From assembly GCF_037042905.1 (NCBI RefSeq), contig NC_087263.1, forward strand, positions 10,046,001 to 10,110,000: DNA of 64,000 bases, read 5' to 3'. The position numbers and the translations under genes were made by a program. A model generated the notes under the pieces. The model did no database searches. It worked only from the letters and a program-made list of their open reading frames with translations, and had not been told where the DNA came from. Below, piece after piece: positions 50,145 to 63,260 of the stretch. Source of the DNA: Lytechinus pictus. Taxonomy: Eukaryota. The number at the start of each line of letters is the position of its first letter. Within the stretch, counting starts at the first letter, position 1.

Positions 50145-51856
50145 CACTGGCGTAAATCCGTGTTGATGGGTGGGGGGGATGACTGAAATATTTAGGCTTT
50201 TTTTTTTGCAATCATGTTTTTGGATATGCAAGGAATTGTCATTGATATGTCCACAGTGGCGTACCGTACGTGGGTCACGGCATTGGGAGGGGGCACCAGC
50301 AAAATATTTGAATCACTGAGTGAGCGCGCTCAGTTGCCAGTTATACTGACCTAATAGAGACATTTTCTGGACAATGTCATTAAACGGATATGCATCTCAC
50401 TGATCAAATAATGCGAGCGCGAAGCGCGAGCTGAATTTTTTTAATATTCACACCTAAAAAGAGACATTATAATCAAATTTGTGTAATCATGATAGGTACC
50501 TGTCTCGCTAAACAATACGAGCGCGAAGCGCGAGCTGAAGTTTTCGTATATTTTGACCCCAAACAGCGAGATTTTGAGGAATATATTTTAGGAATCCATT
50601 AAGAGTATGCATATATCTCACCATAGTCATCTAATGCGAGTGCCAAGCGCTTGCTGGTTTATAAGAATTACATCTGAACACATGAAACACTTTTTGTAGT
50701 CATTGCAATCATGATTATCATACGCATCTCACTAATCAAATATTGCGAGCGCGAAGCGCGAGCTGAAAATTAAAATAATTATGACCTGAAGTGGGGCATT
50801 CTAAGGTTTCTTTGTAGGAATTAACTAGGACCATACGTATTTCAATATCCAAATGATGCGAGCGCGAAGCGCGAGCTGAAAATTTTTGATATTCAGATCA
50901 GAAGAAGGGACATTTTAAGGACTGATTTTAGGAATTCATGAAGAGCAGACATATCTCACCAATCCACTAATGCGAACGTAATCACGGACAGGAAATGTTT
51001 CATATATACGAAGACCTAATTAACATGGGGCAATCACTTTTTGAGTCATGAAAAAGAAGCATATGTCACTACATAAAACAATGATAACTCAAGTGCTAGG
51101 AAATATATTTGGTTTATATTGACTTGAAAACGGGATGTTTCAGTACAACAGGATTATATATCTCGTTAACAGACAATGCAAGCCCCGGGAACAATGAAGA
51201 TGTAGGCCCTGGGCAAATTATGTTTCATGAAGTTATGATAAAAATGTTTCTTGTGTAATGTAACATAACATAATTATAATATAACATTATAATGAATAAA
51301 ATTTTCTTCTTTCCCACTATACGCTTCTCTTCCTTTCTCCCTCTTTTCTCCCTTTCCCCGTTTTTTTTTTTTGGTCAGCCGATGGGGGGGGGGAGGGGGC
51401 ATGTGCCCCCCATGCCCCCCCGTAGTTACGCCACTGTATGGCAAATACCCCTCCAATATTATTATCTTTTTTACCCCATGGTGGTTTAATGGTTTTATTA
51501 GAGATTATATTTAAAAAGAATTGACATTCCATCTTAATCCCTTCCCAAAGACCCAAACATTGATGAATTGGAAGAAACGGGGGTTTCTCTTCAATGTTAT
51601 AATAAGGACATAAGTATTTCGTTTGGAAATGGTGAACTGGCTCTTTATTTGCATTTTATGATTCAATAATATTGTTTTATTTGTTAAGCGGTATTTCAGG
51701 AAGAATTTTCACCAATAAAACAATTATCTCTTGTGAATTTTTTTTCATTTCTTTCGTAAAAAGTGGGGGGGGGGGATGTTTGTACAGGCCATCCCCCCCT
51801 CCTCGAAAAGTGGGGGGGATATATCCCCCCCATCCCCCCCGGGATTTACGCCAGTG
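50145..51856. mobile_element. hAT-like non-autonomous element with perfect 8-bp TSD ATTAGCAT
   Basis: TIR CACTGGCGTAAATCC / GGATTTACGCCAGTG; TSD at 50137-50144 and 51857-51864. Confidence 0.9.
50254..51436. mobile_element. Nested CAGTGGCGTA-TIR element with ~110-bp internal repeats
   Basis: TIR CAGTGGCGTA / TACGCCACTG; flanks TATGTCCA/TATGGCAA (6/8 match); repeated GCGAGCGCGAAGCGCGAGC. Confidence 0.85.
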
Positions 51857-52445
51857 ATTAGCATACCTTTAGTATTTTCTTTCACCAATGAGAGTGAATG
51901 CAGATAAGTTTCTGCGCAATTCGTTTCTGACATGCCTCAGTATTTATTGCTTTACTCCGAATTGCGTGAGCAAGACTGATTATTTGGTCTCGAATTAGAG
52001 AAAATACGTCATTCTTACCATAAATATTAACTTTATGAACGAACTTGAGATATGAACCACAATTATTAAAACAATCGTCAAAGAGGAAAGGTTTTTAAAC
52101 ATATTACTTAAACCAACATGATCATCCAATTATCGCGACATAAACAAAATTTGACGTTAGTTAAAAAAAAAACATTTTCCTTTTTAGATGGACTAGGTCT
52201 AAAATTAGTTATATAGTGGGTATCAAAAAGGTTTATATTAAGAACTTATCCTATGAAATTATATATGTGCAATATCCTGAAAGTTTTCCACATTTAAACA
52301 TTGGTACAGATCTCATTAAGCAAATGACGATATAACTGTTGAAAAATCTTTCTGCTTGAGTGAGCACCACTTACTTTTTAAAGGTTCGAGAAAAATGATT
52401 AATTTGAAAATAGTTATATGAATAAAAGTAGATGAAGAACATATT

Positions 52446-52757
52446 GGCCCGTATTCTGAAGTCGGGTTTAACTTAGACCATGGTCTAACTTTGTGCTATA
52501 ATTATGGGAGCCAAAAATTCAAAAAATCTGTTTCTATAGTATATTTCTTATGTTTGATATTTTGCTTTCATAATGAAGAAAAAACATCAAAATGCTTAAT
52601 TTATCATTCCCAGACAATAATGAACAATTTGGGTGTCATATGATTTAATACATTGGATGTGTACTGTTAGTTAGTTGTGCCCCAATTGGCTATCCATATA
52701 GTCAAACCACAACTTTAAACCAGGGTTTAATTTAAACCCGAGTTCAGAATACGGGCC
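52446..52757. mobile_element. GGCCCGTATTCTGAA-TIR MITE
   Basis: ggcccgtattctgaa ... ttcagaatacgggcc; degraded relative at ~43082-43382. Confidence 0.8.
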
Positions 52758-54909
52758 ATGGACTTTAGCTAGGAAAATTGATGGAAGTGTGTAAAAGTAT
52801 GGAGAAGCAAGTATTAATGACATACGATATGTAAACCCACTTTAAATGATAAAAACCTTGTGAAAGAATGCTGGAAATGTCTGAAATAAACTTTGGTTTA
52901 CATTCAGTTATGTCCTCAAATCTAGCCGACACAAAAAGGTAAATGTTGTGCTTACCCAGGGTTGAAATGTAAATTTGAGTGGCAAAGTTGTAACAAAATG
53001 TTTAAATGTATCGTGTCATTTCAATTGGCTAAAAATGCATGAGAACTGTTTCGCACGGCCAGTTTGATTTCGCCTTTTTTTTTTGTTGACACAGCGTGAA
53101 AAAAAGCATTTCTGCGCAAACCGATTTCTGCGAGCTTTACAAAAGTGGACAGTGCTCACTCAAGTGTCAACATTTTTTTGACAATTTCCTTTTTCAAAGT
53201 GTAACCTTTTTATTCAATACGCACTGTACAGCACCTTAGATGAAAATTCAAAAATATACCTAGGACCATTTGCATTGGTTCACAACTGAGGACGTCCCCG
53301 GTTTACTGTGTCATTGGTTTATATGTTCATGTGTGTGTTCTCATTTGCCACTTTGCATGCACACTACTGGTCGTATATTAATATAGATCATTGGTACACA
53401 CACAAACCCACCCTCACACACACTCACCCACCCCAATTTGGAAAACAATTCAGCACTATAATACAGTATATCATCAATCTCATGCCAGGCAAGTTCATAT
53501 TCAAAACAGTTAATTGCACTATTTTGCTTGTGCTTGGTTTTTGTTTAAACTGGTGTTGCACTTCTCCAGAGCATTGGCGTCAATACATATATATTTTGTT
53601 TAATATAAGAAAACAATGTGGGTGTGTCTAGTATTGTTGTAAGTTTCCCAAAACAAATATAACAGCTTTTTATGCTGTTATTTTATTCGTTTTTAATGAA
53701 ATTTAAACTCATGAAAATTGTTTTAAAACCCTACGAAAGAAAAGTATTGAATAGGTTTCCTACATATCCACCGTCATTCTAACATAACATAAGGAGAAAA
53801 GACACGCATCCAAACACTAATTAATAAATGCAAATGCAATTCGATCATGATGCACTTTTAATGCGTATCTTCCAAAAACTTAATACAATTTAAAGCAATC
53901 ATTCTGCTTTACCGTTCCAGCTATAATTAAATAGAAATATATGACTGGTTAGTAACAAATTTCAGCCTATCACATTATTAGGATCAATATCAATCATAAT
54001 ATCTGACAAGGCTTAATGGAGCAACAACCAACTTTCTCCTGTTGTTTATTTACTTATTCTGCAAATTAAGCCCAATGGCCACATTTCCAGGTCATATTTA
54101 GCCCACAATTTCGAAAAAAAAATGTCAATTCAATATATTTTCCCAACACCAAACACTTTTTAGAATACAAATCAAATTGTAAAAAAAAACACATAAAAAC
54201 TGCATGGCAGTAAACTTGATTGATTAGGCAGATGCCAAAACTTGTTTACATGGTCTTAAGTTTATGCATGACTCCACCCTTATTAATTTGCAATTACTAC
54301 AATATTTTGGCACAACTTGACTTGAATTGCCTAAAACAGTGATATGTACCATCAGTACCAATACTAAAAATAACTTTTCGCAATAGTCAACACTACACCA
54401 ATGAACCAAAATATATGGGAAGAGGTTTAACAAACCTTGGGAACTTTGAGCTTACAGTTCATCCAAAGTTGGAACTTGATTTTCAATATATCAATTTGTA
54501 TTGCAAAACTTGAATCTGAACTGTTAACATCATAACAAGTTTCAGTCGTACAAAGAAGAAAAGAATAAACTTCAGTGTAGATAGCGGTATTATTCAACTG
54601 GAATGCTTAATATTAATTTCAAAGCTGCCAAGTAATACTGGTTTTCAGTAATTATTACTGAAAAATTAGAAAGAATACTTGTGGTTTCATGCAAATTACT
54701 GATTTCTAAAGTTGATGTTAATGTGTTGCCCTATAGTATTTCTGTGAAAATACTGATTTTCTTACCAAAATATTTAGAAATACTGAAAGGTTCTTGATCA
54801 GGTTGGTATCTAAATACTTTATAGAAAAAAAAATGTCAGTAGCACAACTTTCAATTTAAAAAAAGATGTAGCACATATGCGAACAAAACTTTCCTTTCAA
54901 AACATTTAA

Positions 54910-56907
54910 GGACGTTCCACAGTTATGTTTGTGCGCATCATGATCTGCGCATATTTTACACTCTGCGCGCTGACGTCACAATGGACGAACTTGTGATTAG
55001 GTAATGTGAGCTGATTTTTCTCCTTATCTGCACTAACTGTAGATTTGATGTGTTATTTTATGAAGCTAATAAACTGGAATTATTCCATGGACCATTGTTT
55101 TTATTCCTCTACAATTTCAAAATAGTTTCTCTGTAGTACTGCAAAGTATGATGAATATGACCCTGAGTATCAATAAATGGAAAAGTGGTTCGGAATTTTT
55201 CCTCACATAAATACTGCTTTTGGCGCGTTTTCGGGGGGGGGGGGCGTTTCATAAAGCTGTTCGTAAGTTAAGAGCGACTTTAAGAACGACTGGTGAACCT
55301 TTCTTACGTGCTAAATAATCACCAATGATCATTAATGGTGAATATCATTTACCATAAGAAAGGATCACCAGTCGTTCTTAAAGTCGCTCTTAACTTACGA
55401 ACAGCTTTATGAAACACCCGCCTGGTGTCTTAAGAAGCAAATTTGCTCTAATAAGAGTGCTGATAGTTTGAAAACAAACACAAGTCATTAACCCATATTT
55501 ATTAATGTTTGCACCTCTTAGGTATACCTTCCTCTACAACTTTGCAAAGTTTGGTGAAAATGACATGGGTTTTGAATAAAGTGCATCATTTTTTTACTTC
55601 TCAAGTTTGTTATCAAAATTTGAATTTTTTGAGGTTGAGTATTTTTCCCGTAATTTCTAAGAACTGGAAGTGTAGTTAGACTTAAATGAGCAAACAATTG
55701 ACAGCAATGTAGATAGATTATTCATCTTACGGATACAATTATTAATCACATTGCAAAATTTAATGACATTTTCATGGATTTTGACTGAGTAATAGGGCTT
55801 TAAACTCAATGTTGCGATCTCGCGAGGTCTAAAAATGCCATATTATTTTGGATGCGCAATTCTTAAGAACATCATCCATTTTGGGTTAATTTTTAAGCTC
55901 TATAGCAAAAAATCAAGCACATGGACCCATGTTAATTTTTGCACATTTGGAATATTCAGGTGCTAAAGTATTTATATGCAAAGTTTGGTGAAAATGACAT
56001 GGATTTTCAATGTTTGGGAGCAAGACTACGGAACCACTCGCATTTTAGACGGTATTAACAGACTTTTGCTTGTTTTCGGCGCATTTTGGGCTGTTTCAAG
56101 CCAACTCGCAATATTTTGGACACTGATAATTTGAAAACGAGCACATAGTCCCCATAGTTTAAATGTCCTAACTTCTTCAGAATATATTCCTCTACAAATC
56201 TAGAGAGTATGATGAAAATGACATGGATTTTGAATGTTTGGGAGCAAAATATGGAACCATTTGCATTTTAGAGGGTACTAAGAGACTTTTGCATGTTTTC
56301 GGCGCTTTTTAGGCGATTTTCAAGCCAACTCGCCTCACTTTAGACACTCACAGTTAAAAAACGAGCACATAGACCTCATATTTTTAACTTCGCTACACAT
56401 TCGATATGCATTCCTCTACAATTAAGCCGAATTTGATAAAAATGACATGGATTTTGAATAAAGTGCAGCTTACAAACACTTTTTTAATTTTTGAGTAGAT
56501 TCACGTCTTTGAAGATTTGTTTTTCCGAGTTTTTGCATCATCCTTGCCAAATGAGGGCGCTGTTGACTCCAAATAGATATAGTTTTACCAATTAAAAGAC
56601 CTTCTCTTACTTTGGTATACACTTTGTTATATATCTTGAGAATTTGATGAAGTTTGATGCGGTATTCACTGAGTAAAGATGATTTAAACTCATTTGGTGA
56701 ATTCGTGAGGTCTAAGAGAGGCATAATTCTTTTGATTGCGCAAGATTGCATATCATTCAAATACGGTGACTTTGAAGACCCGTAGAAAAAAAATAAGCAC
56801 ATGAACCTATGTTATTTTTTGAATTTTCATAATGCATAGATACCAAAGTAACTCTCTACAAAATTTGGTGAACATGACATGGACTTCATTTTAACTGTGG
56901 AACGTCC
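54910..56907. mobile_element. 2-kb TTAA-flanked non-autonomous DNA transposon (Kolobok-like, GG...CC termini)
   Basis: Perfect 16-bp TIR GGACGTTCCACAGTTA; TTAA at 54906-54909 and 56908-56911; internal repeats of tgaaaatgacatgg; nested MITE at ~55241-55420. Confidence 0.85.
55241..55420. mobile_element. Palindromic MITE (copy 2)
   Basis: Same arms as 37583-37752. Confidence 0.85.
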
Positions 56908-57475
56908 TTAAGTACAACTGTGTAATTATTTTCTTGTCAAAATGATGTGTCAAAAATAATTAGTTCACAAATGTATTTAGACATACATTAGGTCTGCTTG
57001 AGCAAAACTCTAGATGGTAAAAATTTGTTGAAACTCTTCAAAAATGAAAATTAGGATTTTCTCAGTGTCTGACGAATGCTAAGAAACATACAAATCTACA
57101 TGGGGAAAGTTGTTTCCTACAATAATGACAAATTCACAAGGCACATCTTATACATAAATATATGCAACTCTGCTTTGATATAACAAGGATCTCAACATTG
57201 TAATGTATAAATTGCCCAAAATCACAATCAAGCAAATCAAAAGCTTCTGGAAAAAATGAAGTCTTACAATGACTTTCTGATAATAACTCTTTAAATTATG
57301 TCTGGAGTTTATCCTAGTTTTGGCGTAGTAGGCCTCTTGGTGAATGTTAGCACACAGAATCGTAAGTTATTTCAGACAAAATTTCAGCAAATATTTTGCT
57401 TTATATTCACTTAGTATACAATCAGTCTAGTTCTCAGGTAGTCTAATACCACATACGATAAATCTATTGCCCCCT

Positions 57476-57748
57476 GGGCCCCGTCTTACAAAGACTTACG
57501 ATTGATCCAATCAATCACAACTATGGAAAGCCAGCAACGTCAACATCTAAGATACATGTTTCTTCAAACTATTTTCTAGATACGATGTATATTCATACAT
57601 TCACTGTTTCCTTGTCAATTCAGTATGCTTCTCCCTGTTCTCAAAGGACATTGTGCAAATTTCCTATAGACAAAATTATGACATTGATGGATTTCCATAA
57701 ATTTGAGGTTGGTCGGATCAATCGTAGCTCTTTGTAAGACGGGGCCCA
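57476..57748. mobile_element. GGGCCCCGTCTTACAAAGA-TIR MITE, second copy
   Basis: Same TIRs; interior is the reverse complement of 46853-47134. Confidence 0.8.
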
Positions 57749-57786
57749 GTTTTCAAAAGAGGTTTCAATTGTACAATGGTATGATG

Positions 57787-57914
57787 CAGGGGCCGCGGAA
57801 CGGGTTTCAAAGTGGGGGGCTGACCATGCTAAAAATCACAATCATATGGTCATTTTTACGTTTTTGTACACGGTTTTGGAAAAAAGTGGGGCCCCCCCGG
57901 TTCCGCGGCCCCTG
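57787..57914. mobile_element. Short MITE CAGGGGCCGCGGAAC...GTTCCGCGGCCCCTG
   Basis: 15-bp perfect TIR; degraded relatives at ~1123-1215, ~7485-7620 and ~11030-11160. Confidence 0.8.
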
Positions 57915-58637
57915 TGATGGTGGGCCCCAAGTCTGCGCACCTAACAATTTAAGTTAAGATTTAACATGGATTTCTTCTCATTTCACAAAATCTTTCAGTT
58001 AAAAATGTTCCTTATATTATTATTAGTAAGTGTACCAAATTTCTCATTAAAAACATGAAAGAAAATATAGGATTTTCTTGAAAAAACCGGCGGGCTGTCA
58101 TTTTCAGATTGAAAAAAAAATGGTACCCCATGTCTGCGCACTCATTCACTTTGCACACGATTCGGGGATTTTGATGAGAAAGGCTGCATTTTGAGGCCGT
58201 CACATGAAATGCCCTAAATTCTGAGTTCGATTTTTTTATGAATACCTGTCTATGTATTGCATGTGTAGAGTTCGTGCTCGTTGCGTATAGAATCGCGCAG
58301 ATACGCGTGTGCGCAGACAAGGGGGACTGCGCAGACTTGGGGGAACTTGTCATACTAACCATGGATTAGGCAGATTTCTTGTATCATCACACTACCCTTT
58401 TAGCGCTCCTTACCAAAAATGAGCATTTCAGTGGATGTTGTGAAGTGTATGCGACGAAATAAGGGTAATCTAATTATTCACAAAAATATGCATATTTCAA
58501 GGGTTTGTACCACAATACAATTGAAACCTCTTTTGAGAATACAGGCCATTTGGTCTAATATCAATATAATGTAATTGCCATTTGGTTTTATCACACTACA
58601 CTTGGATCTAATACCCACTAAGTCAAGTTCTCATTAA

Positions 58638-59390
58638 CCCTAAGACTGGGGGGGGGGGCTGAATCAGCCCCCCTCGACATTTTTCGCGATAAATCCGCCG
58701 CTCAAATTTTTTTGACCGCGTCGCTCGCTGACTTTTTACTTTCAAGTCTCGCGCAACTTTTGAGACCAAAATTGTGATCCCCGGGTACGTGGTTCCAAAA
58801 TTACACAACATTTCGTAAGTGCATGCAGACCCAAAATTACTCAAAAACGTGAATTTGCGTACAAATCCAATGCAAGCAAATAGTGTTTTTAGCCAAAATT
58901 CATAAAATGTATCATTATTTTTCCTTTTACTGCTTAAAATCAATTAATTTTATCTTGTTTATGGTCAAAGTAAAGTCCCCGACAATTTCCACTGAAAAAA
59001 CAATAAAAAAACAAAAAGTCAAAAAACAAAGAAATTTGGAAAACAATAGAATACATAAGAAAATAAAAGTGATGTTGAAATTTTTGAAAAATAAGTTTGA
59101 TCAGATGCCAATCTAGAGTATGTGAAACAAAAATTAGCATTTAAGGGGCATTATTTTATTAATTAGAGCAAACTTATGATTTTACGCATAAATAAGCACA
59201 ATTAATGAGCAATGAGATTTTTCGCAGAATTTGATATTATAGTTTTGTAGATAATGCCATGGGTAACACACGTGCCAATTTTCGTCGCGATCGCGTGATC
59301 GACGGCCAAGATCATATAGGGGGGGGGGGGCTGAATCAGCCCCCCCCCCCCAGTCTTCTTAGGCGTCGAAATAGCCCAGTCTATTTAGGG
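58638..59390. mobile_element. piggyBac-like MITE
   Basis: TTAA|CCCTAA...TTAGGG|TTAA; subterminal palindrome gggggctgaatcagccccc at both ends. Confidence 0.85.
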
Positions 59391-59964
59391 TTAAGTCTGA
59401 TGCTCAAATGGTCAAATTTACACTTTGTCAAATAAAACTTTTATTCATAAACAATTCATCTTATAGACTTAAATTATGTTGACTAACTGAATATTAGACA
59501 AAATGGAAACAGCGTAACAGGAAATTTGACCAATTGTTGGTAGATGATCTGCTTGTACACAAACTGGTTGCATACGAAATCGGTACAGACCAAGAGGTAA
59601 TTAATCAGTTTTTACACAATTCTGCAAATGGACACAGAAAGAATATCAGCGTCAGGAAAGCACTCTCATATCCTATTTCACGATATACACCAAATCACTT
59701 TTTAGATCATACTGTACAAGCTATACATGTGATCATGATTGCACTATCACACAATTTTATCACTTAATTGTGATACATATTCATGAGGATGATTTTTCTT
59801 TGGTAAACGTACATAAATCTGCATAAATTACCATTTGACAGAATGTGGCTATACTGAATCTATTCCTAATGTATATAATATAAAATACCTGAGCTTTAAT
59901 GATGAAATTGAAATAGTTATCTGTCTAAAAAGGGCAAAAAAATAATCAAAACTTATCATAAATT

Positions 59965-60343
59965 TAAAGATAAATGAAAGTAGTTGTAGTAAACACTGAT
60001 TTCATGCGAAAGTCTGTAAAACAAAGGTTAAATAATTGTTACCATATCATCCCAGATCTAATTCTGGTACAGAAACATCAAATCTAAGCTGAAATAATTA
60101 CACTAAAGATCGCATTCACAGATAAGCACATGTCTAAAAGTTACTATTATTGCTTGGAAAAAGACCCAACATTTTGGTGAAATGACTTGCTCAAGTTATT
60201 GTTTGCTATTTCTCTACAATTAGACTATTTCTTCCTGAATCCTTCGTCAAATACTTTTCATTCATAGATACAGACACTTGGTCAATTTATTGAATTCTGT
60301 TTCGACTCATTTCGAAATTGTTAACTGTCGATTAATCTTTAAA
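59965..60343. mobile_element. Degraded TTAA-flanked (Kolobok-like) MITE
   Basis: ttaaagataaat...attaatctttaa termini. Confidence 0.45.
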
Positions 60344-60979
60344 GAACACCAAGGAAATGGACCGCACAAGTTGCCTAGTGAAACGGTGTGCGAGACATCA
60401 TAACCATGCTTGCCAGAAGAGTCCTTCACAAAATGGAGGTACTCTAATCACAACATCACAGATATTTTGATAAATAACTTACTGCTTGGCTTATAAAGCT
60501 CTAGTCATTCCTGTCTTACTAAAATGAGAGTCACAGCTTTGGTAAGTTAAAACCAAAAAGGCTTCATAAAAAAGAACGTTTCTCACCTGGTGAATACAAC
60601 CATTGGGCCAGGGCAACACCAAAAATTCATTTGACACAGAGTTTTTTTTATAGATTTTTAATTTATGTCATGACCAGTTGAAATAATTTTTAATATTTAC
60701 TGAAAATATTTTATTCCCGCATGTGGATTACGGTTGTTGATTTCCTACTTGTAATTAGGAATTTGATATTTTGCAAATTTCCACATATATGATGTCCTAC
60801 AGTGGAGTTGAAAAAGAAGTTATTTCACTAAAGTTTTCATGTGTCAATCTGAAATTGCTCCCACATAATCCTGAAATCATCATACAGAATCAATTCCTTT
60901 GATGAAACACAAACTCTTTGAGACTACTCATTCTTAAGGATATTAAAAATAACACAGAAGTCTGCTTCGAAAAGTTGAT

Positions 60980-62580
60980 TATTCTGTGATCTGTGAAAGA
61001 TTTTCAGGGAACAAGATGCACATTCAACCATCTAACTTAACAAAACAATACCTAAATGTAGATGCAGGTGGAATAAACAGCAATGATACACTGAAAAAAT
61101 TCATACAAAGCAATGAAGACTGGCTTAACTCATGCATTTACAGAGGAGGTCGTCAGGTTGATGCAGGGCATACCTGGAACATATCATCAGCATTTTGCCG
61201 TTTTCCGTCTTACTAAAGATTGGCAATCATCGAAGAGGTTACAAAGGAAGGATCATGATCTACAGGATGAAACACAGCCCCCAGAACTCGACTTTGCCTG
61301 TATTACTGGGAGCCTACAGGAAATATCCCAATTTAAAATATGTACGTAACTTCACATTAATTTCCCCTACAAGACCTACAAAATTCAGAAAGCTCTAACT
61401 TATCCAAACTAGTCAAAATGCATGAACCATACACACCCGATAAAGCTTTAGCACTTCTTCTAGAAACGGACCTGACCAAACAGGCTTTAACAATCAAATT
61501 TGGAGCCAAACGTAAGAATGGAGACATATATCCTACAATCATGACAATGAAGAGAGGGAAAAAAGAGAAAGGGCTTTCCTGCACAGACAGCGAATCACAG
61601 AGGATACTGCAGATGTCCTGCTCCAGAACCACTTTTGATCACACGGCACTTAATGGGATCATGCAAGAATGGGAGGAAGTCTTCACTGAACTTGTTGAGA
61701 GCCTGGGAGATGAGTAGGTCCGATTTAAGTTAGTTTGTAAATGGGACTCTGATGCTCATTTGAACAGAGTGAATATAAACGGAAATTCAGATCTAAGGAT
61801 AAATCCAAGGAGAGTTTATTCTGCAGAACATTGGTCTCATTGCAGTTGCTGCTGCTATCAAATGGTTGTGTATTGTGGGAGAATCCAGCACCCTCTACGA
61901 CCAGGATTTGCCGCTCCTTTCGTCTTCAGTTAAGCAAAGAAGCAACTGAATTACCTCAAAGGGGAGAACAGAGCAATCACTGAAGAAATTAGCAATGTGC
62001 AACAAATGGATGATACTTTGGATATCAACTACAAAATGGAAGCAGACCTCAACAGGAACGCTGACCTCCAACTAATTATGACCTACGTCTCACCATGGAT
62101 GATCATAAAGTAAGACACGCACTGATAGAGACAAAGTCATCCATGCGATGCTATGCCAGCGGGGCAACCCCTAAGCAATACAACAACATTTAAGGGGTAC
62201 CGAGCACAGACAAAGAATCCTGCAAGTAAGGCCTATCTCCACTTCACAAACGGATAGGAAGCTTTGAGATGTTGGTCCACATCGCATTTCAGATTCCAGT
62301 CAAAAAGTGGCGAGTGTCATCAGAAGAGAAGAGATCGGTTGCTGACAGGAAGCAAGAAATCCATGATCGATTTAAAGTGGAACAAGGTGCTGGTAACTTA
62401 AATGGCAGAATCACAGCTAGGAAAGACTTTATTACATGAAAGTGTGTTTGCAGATATCTGTGGACTTCGATAAATCCCGTGTACACAGATTGCATATGGT
62501 CCTCTTGGCTGTTGCGTGAAAAATTCCCCTCAACCCAATAAGTCACAGAACAGCAGCGCATAAGGTACAGCATTACCCAT
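60980..62580 (+). pseudogene. Decayed Transib-superfamily (RAG1-related) DDE transposase
   Basis: Collinear Transib-like motifs across frameshifts and stops: KKFIQSNEDWL; SPTRPTKFRK; YTPDKALALLLETDLTKQ; KLVCKWDSD (KWGxDG); QSEYKRKF; LWENPAPSTTRICR; LTMDDHKV (MxDGK); MRCYASGATPKQYNNI; GLSPLHKRI; KKWRV...RKQEIHDRFK; QGAGNLNGRITARK (GNTNDGNTAR). Motifs recalled from family knowledge, not a database search. Confidence 0.85.
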
Positions 62581-62959
62581 GTTTCTTAATGCCAGAATAT
62601 TTCTGTTTGCATAAAGTTCAATTATTTATGCATATACTTTTTTTTTCTAAAAAGAAGGAAGCAGTATCTTCATCTTGTACATCTGCTATACACTGACTGT
62701 ACTGTTGGTAATGATCTCCAGAGTAGTATGAACAAAAGCTCATGAGTTCAGAAGTGCTTGTAAGTATGACTTAATCAAGTGTAAACATACTCTGATAGAA
62801 ATAGCTTGATTGCTGAGAAATAAGCAACGGTAAGTATGGCATTCTAATGAAGTTATGGGTCACTTTTAAAGCCATAATAATAATAATAATTCGATTTTTA
62901 TATCACTTTTTCTAGAGGATACAAAATGCTGTTAATGGCATAAGACAAGTTAAAGTTCA

Positions 62960-63260
62960 TGGTTATATAGGTGTGTATTAAGATGCTTTGAAGAGGTGAA
63001 GAGAAGAGATGTTTCGCACAGATGGGGGAGTTTGTTCCAAAGATAGGGAGTAAGAGATTAAAAAGTAATGAAGCCGGCCTGTTTTCTGGATTTTGGAATG
63101 ACATAGGAAGGAGCAGCTGCAGGAAAAAAAGTGAGTATGTAGATCTTTGTTGCTGAAATAATGAAGAAATGTAAGAAGTGTGGTTGACAGAGATTTATAA
63201 GTTTGGACAAGTATTCAACAATGTATTCTATCAGAAACAGGTAGCCAATGAAGTACATTT
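62960..63260 (-). mobile_element. Degraded L2/CR1-type LINE ORF2 C-terminal fragment
   Basis: Minus strand reads ...YVIPKSRKQAGFITF*SLTPYLWNKLP...SLLFTSSKHLNTHL, resembling the L2/CR1 C-terminal 'P.lWN.LP...sl..Fk..Lk..l' motif. Confidence 0.6.
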
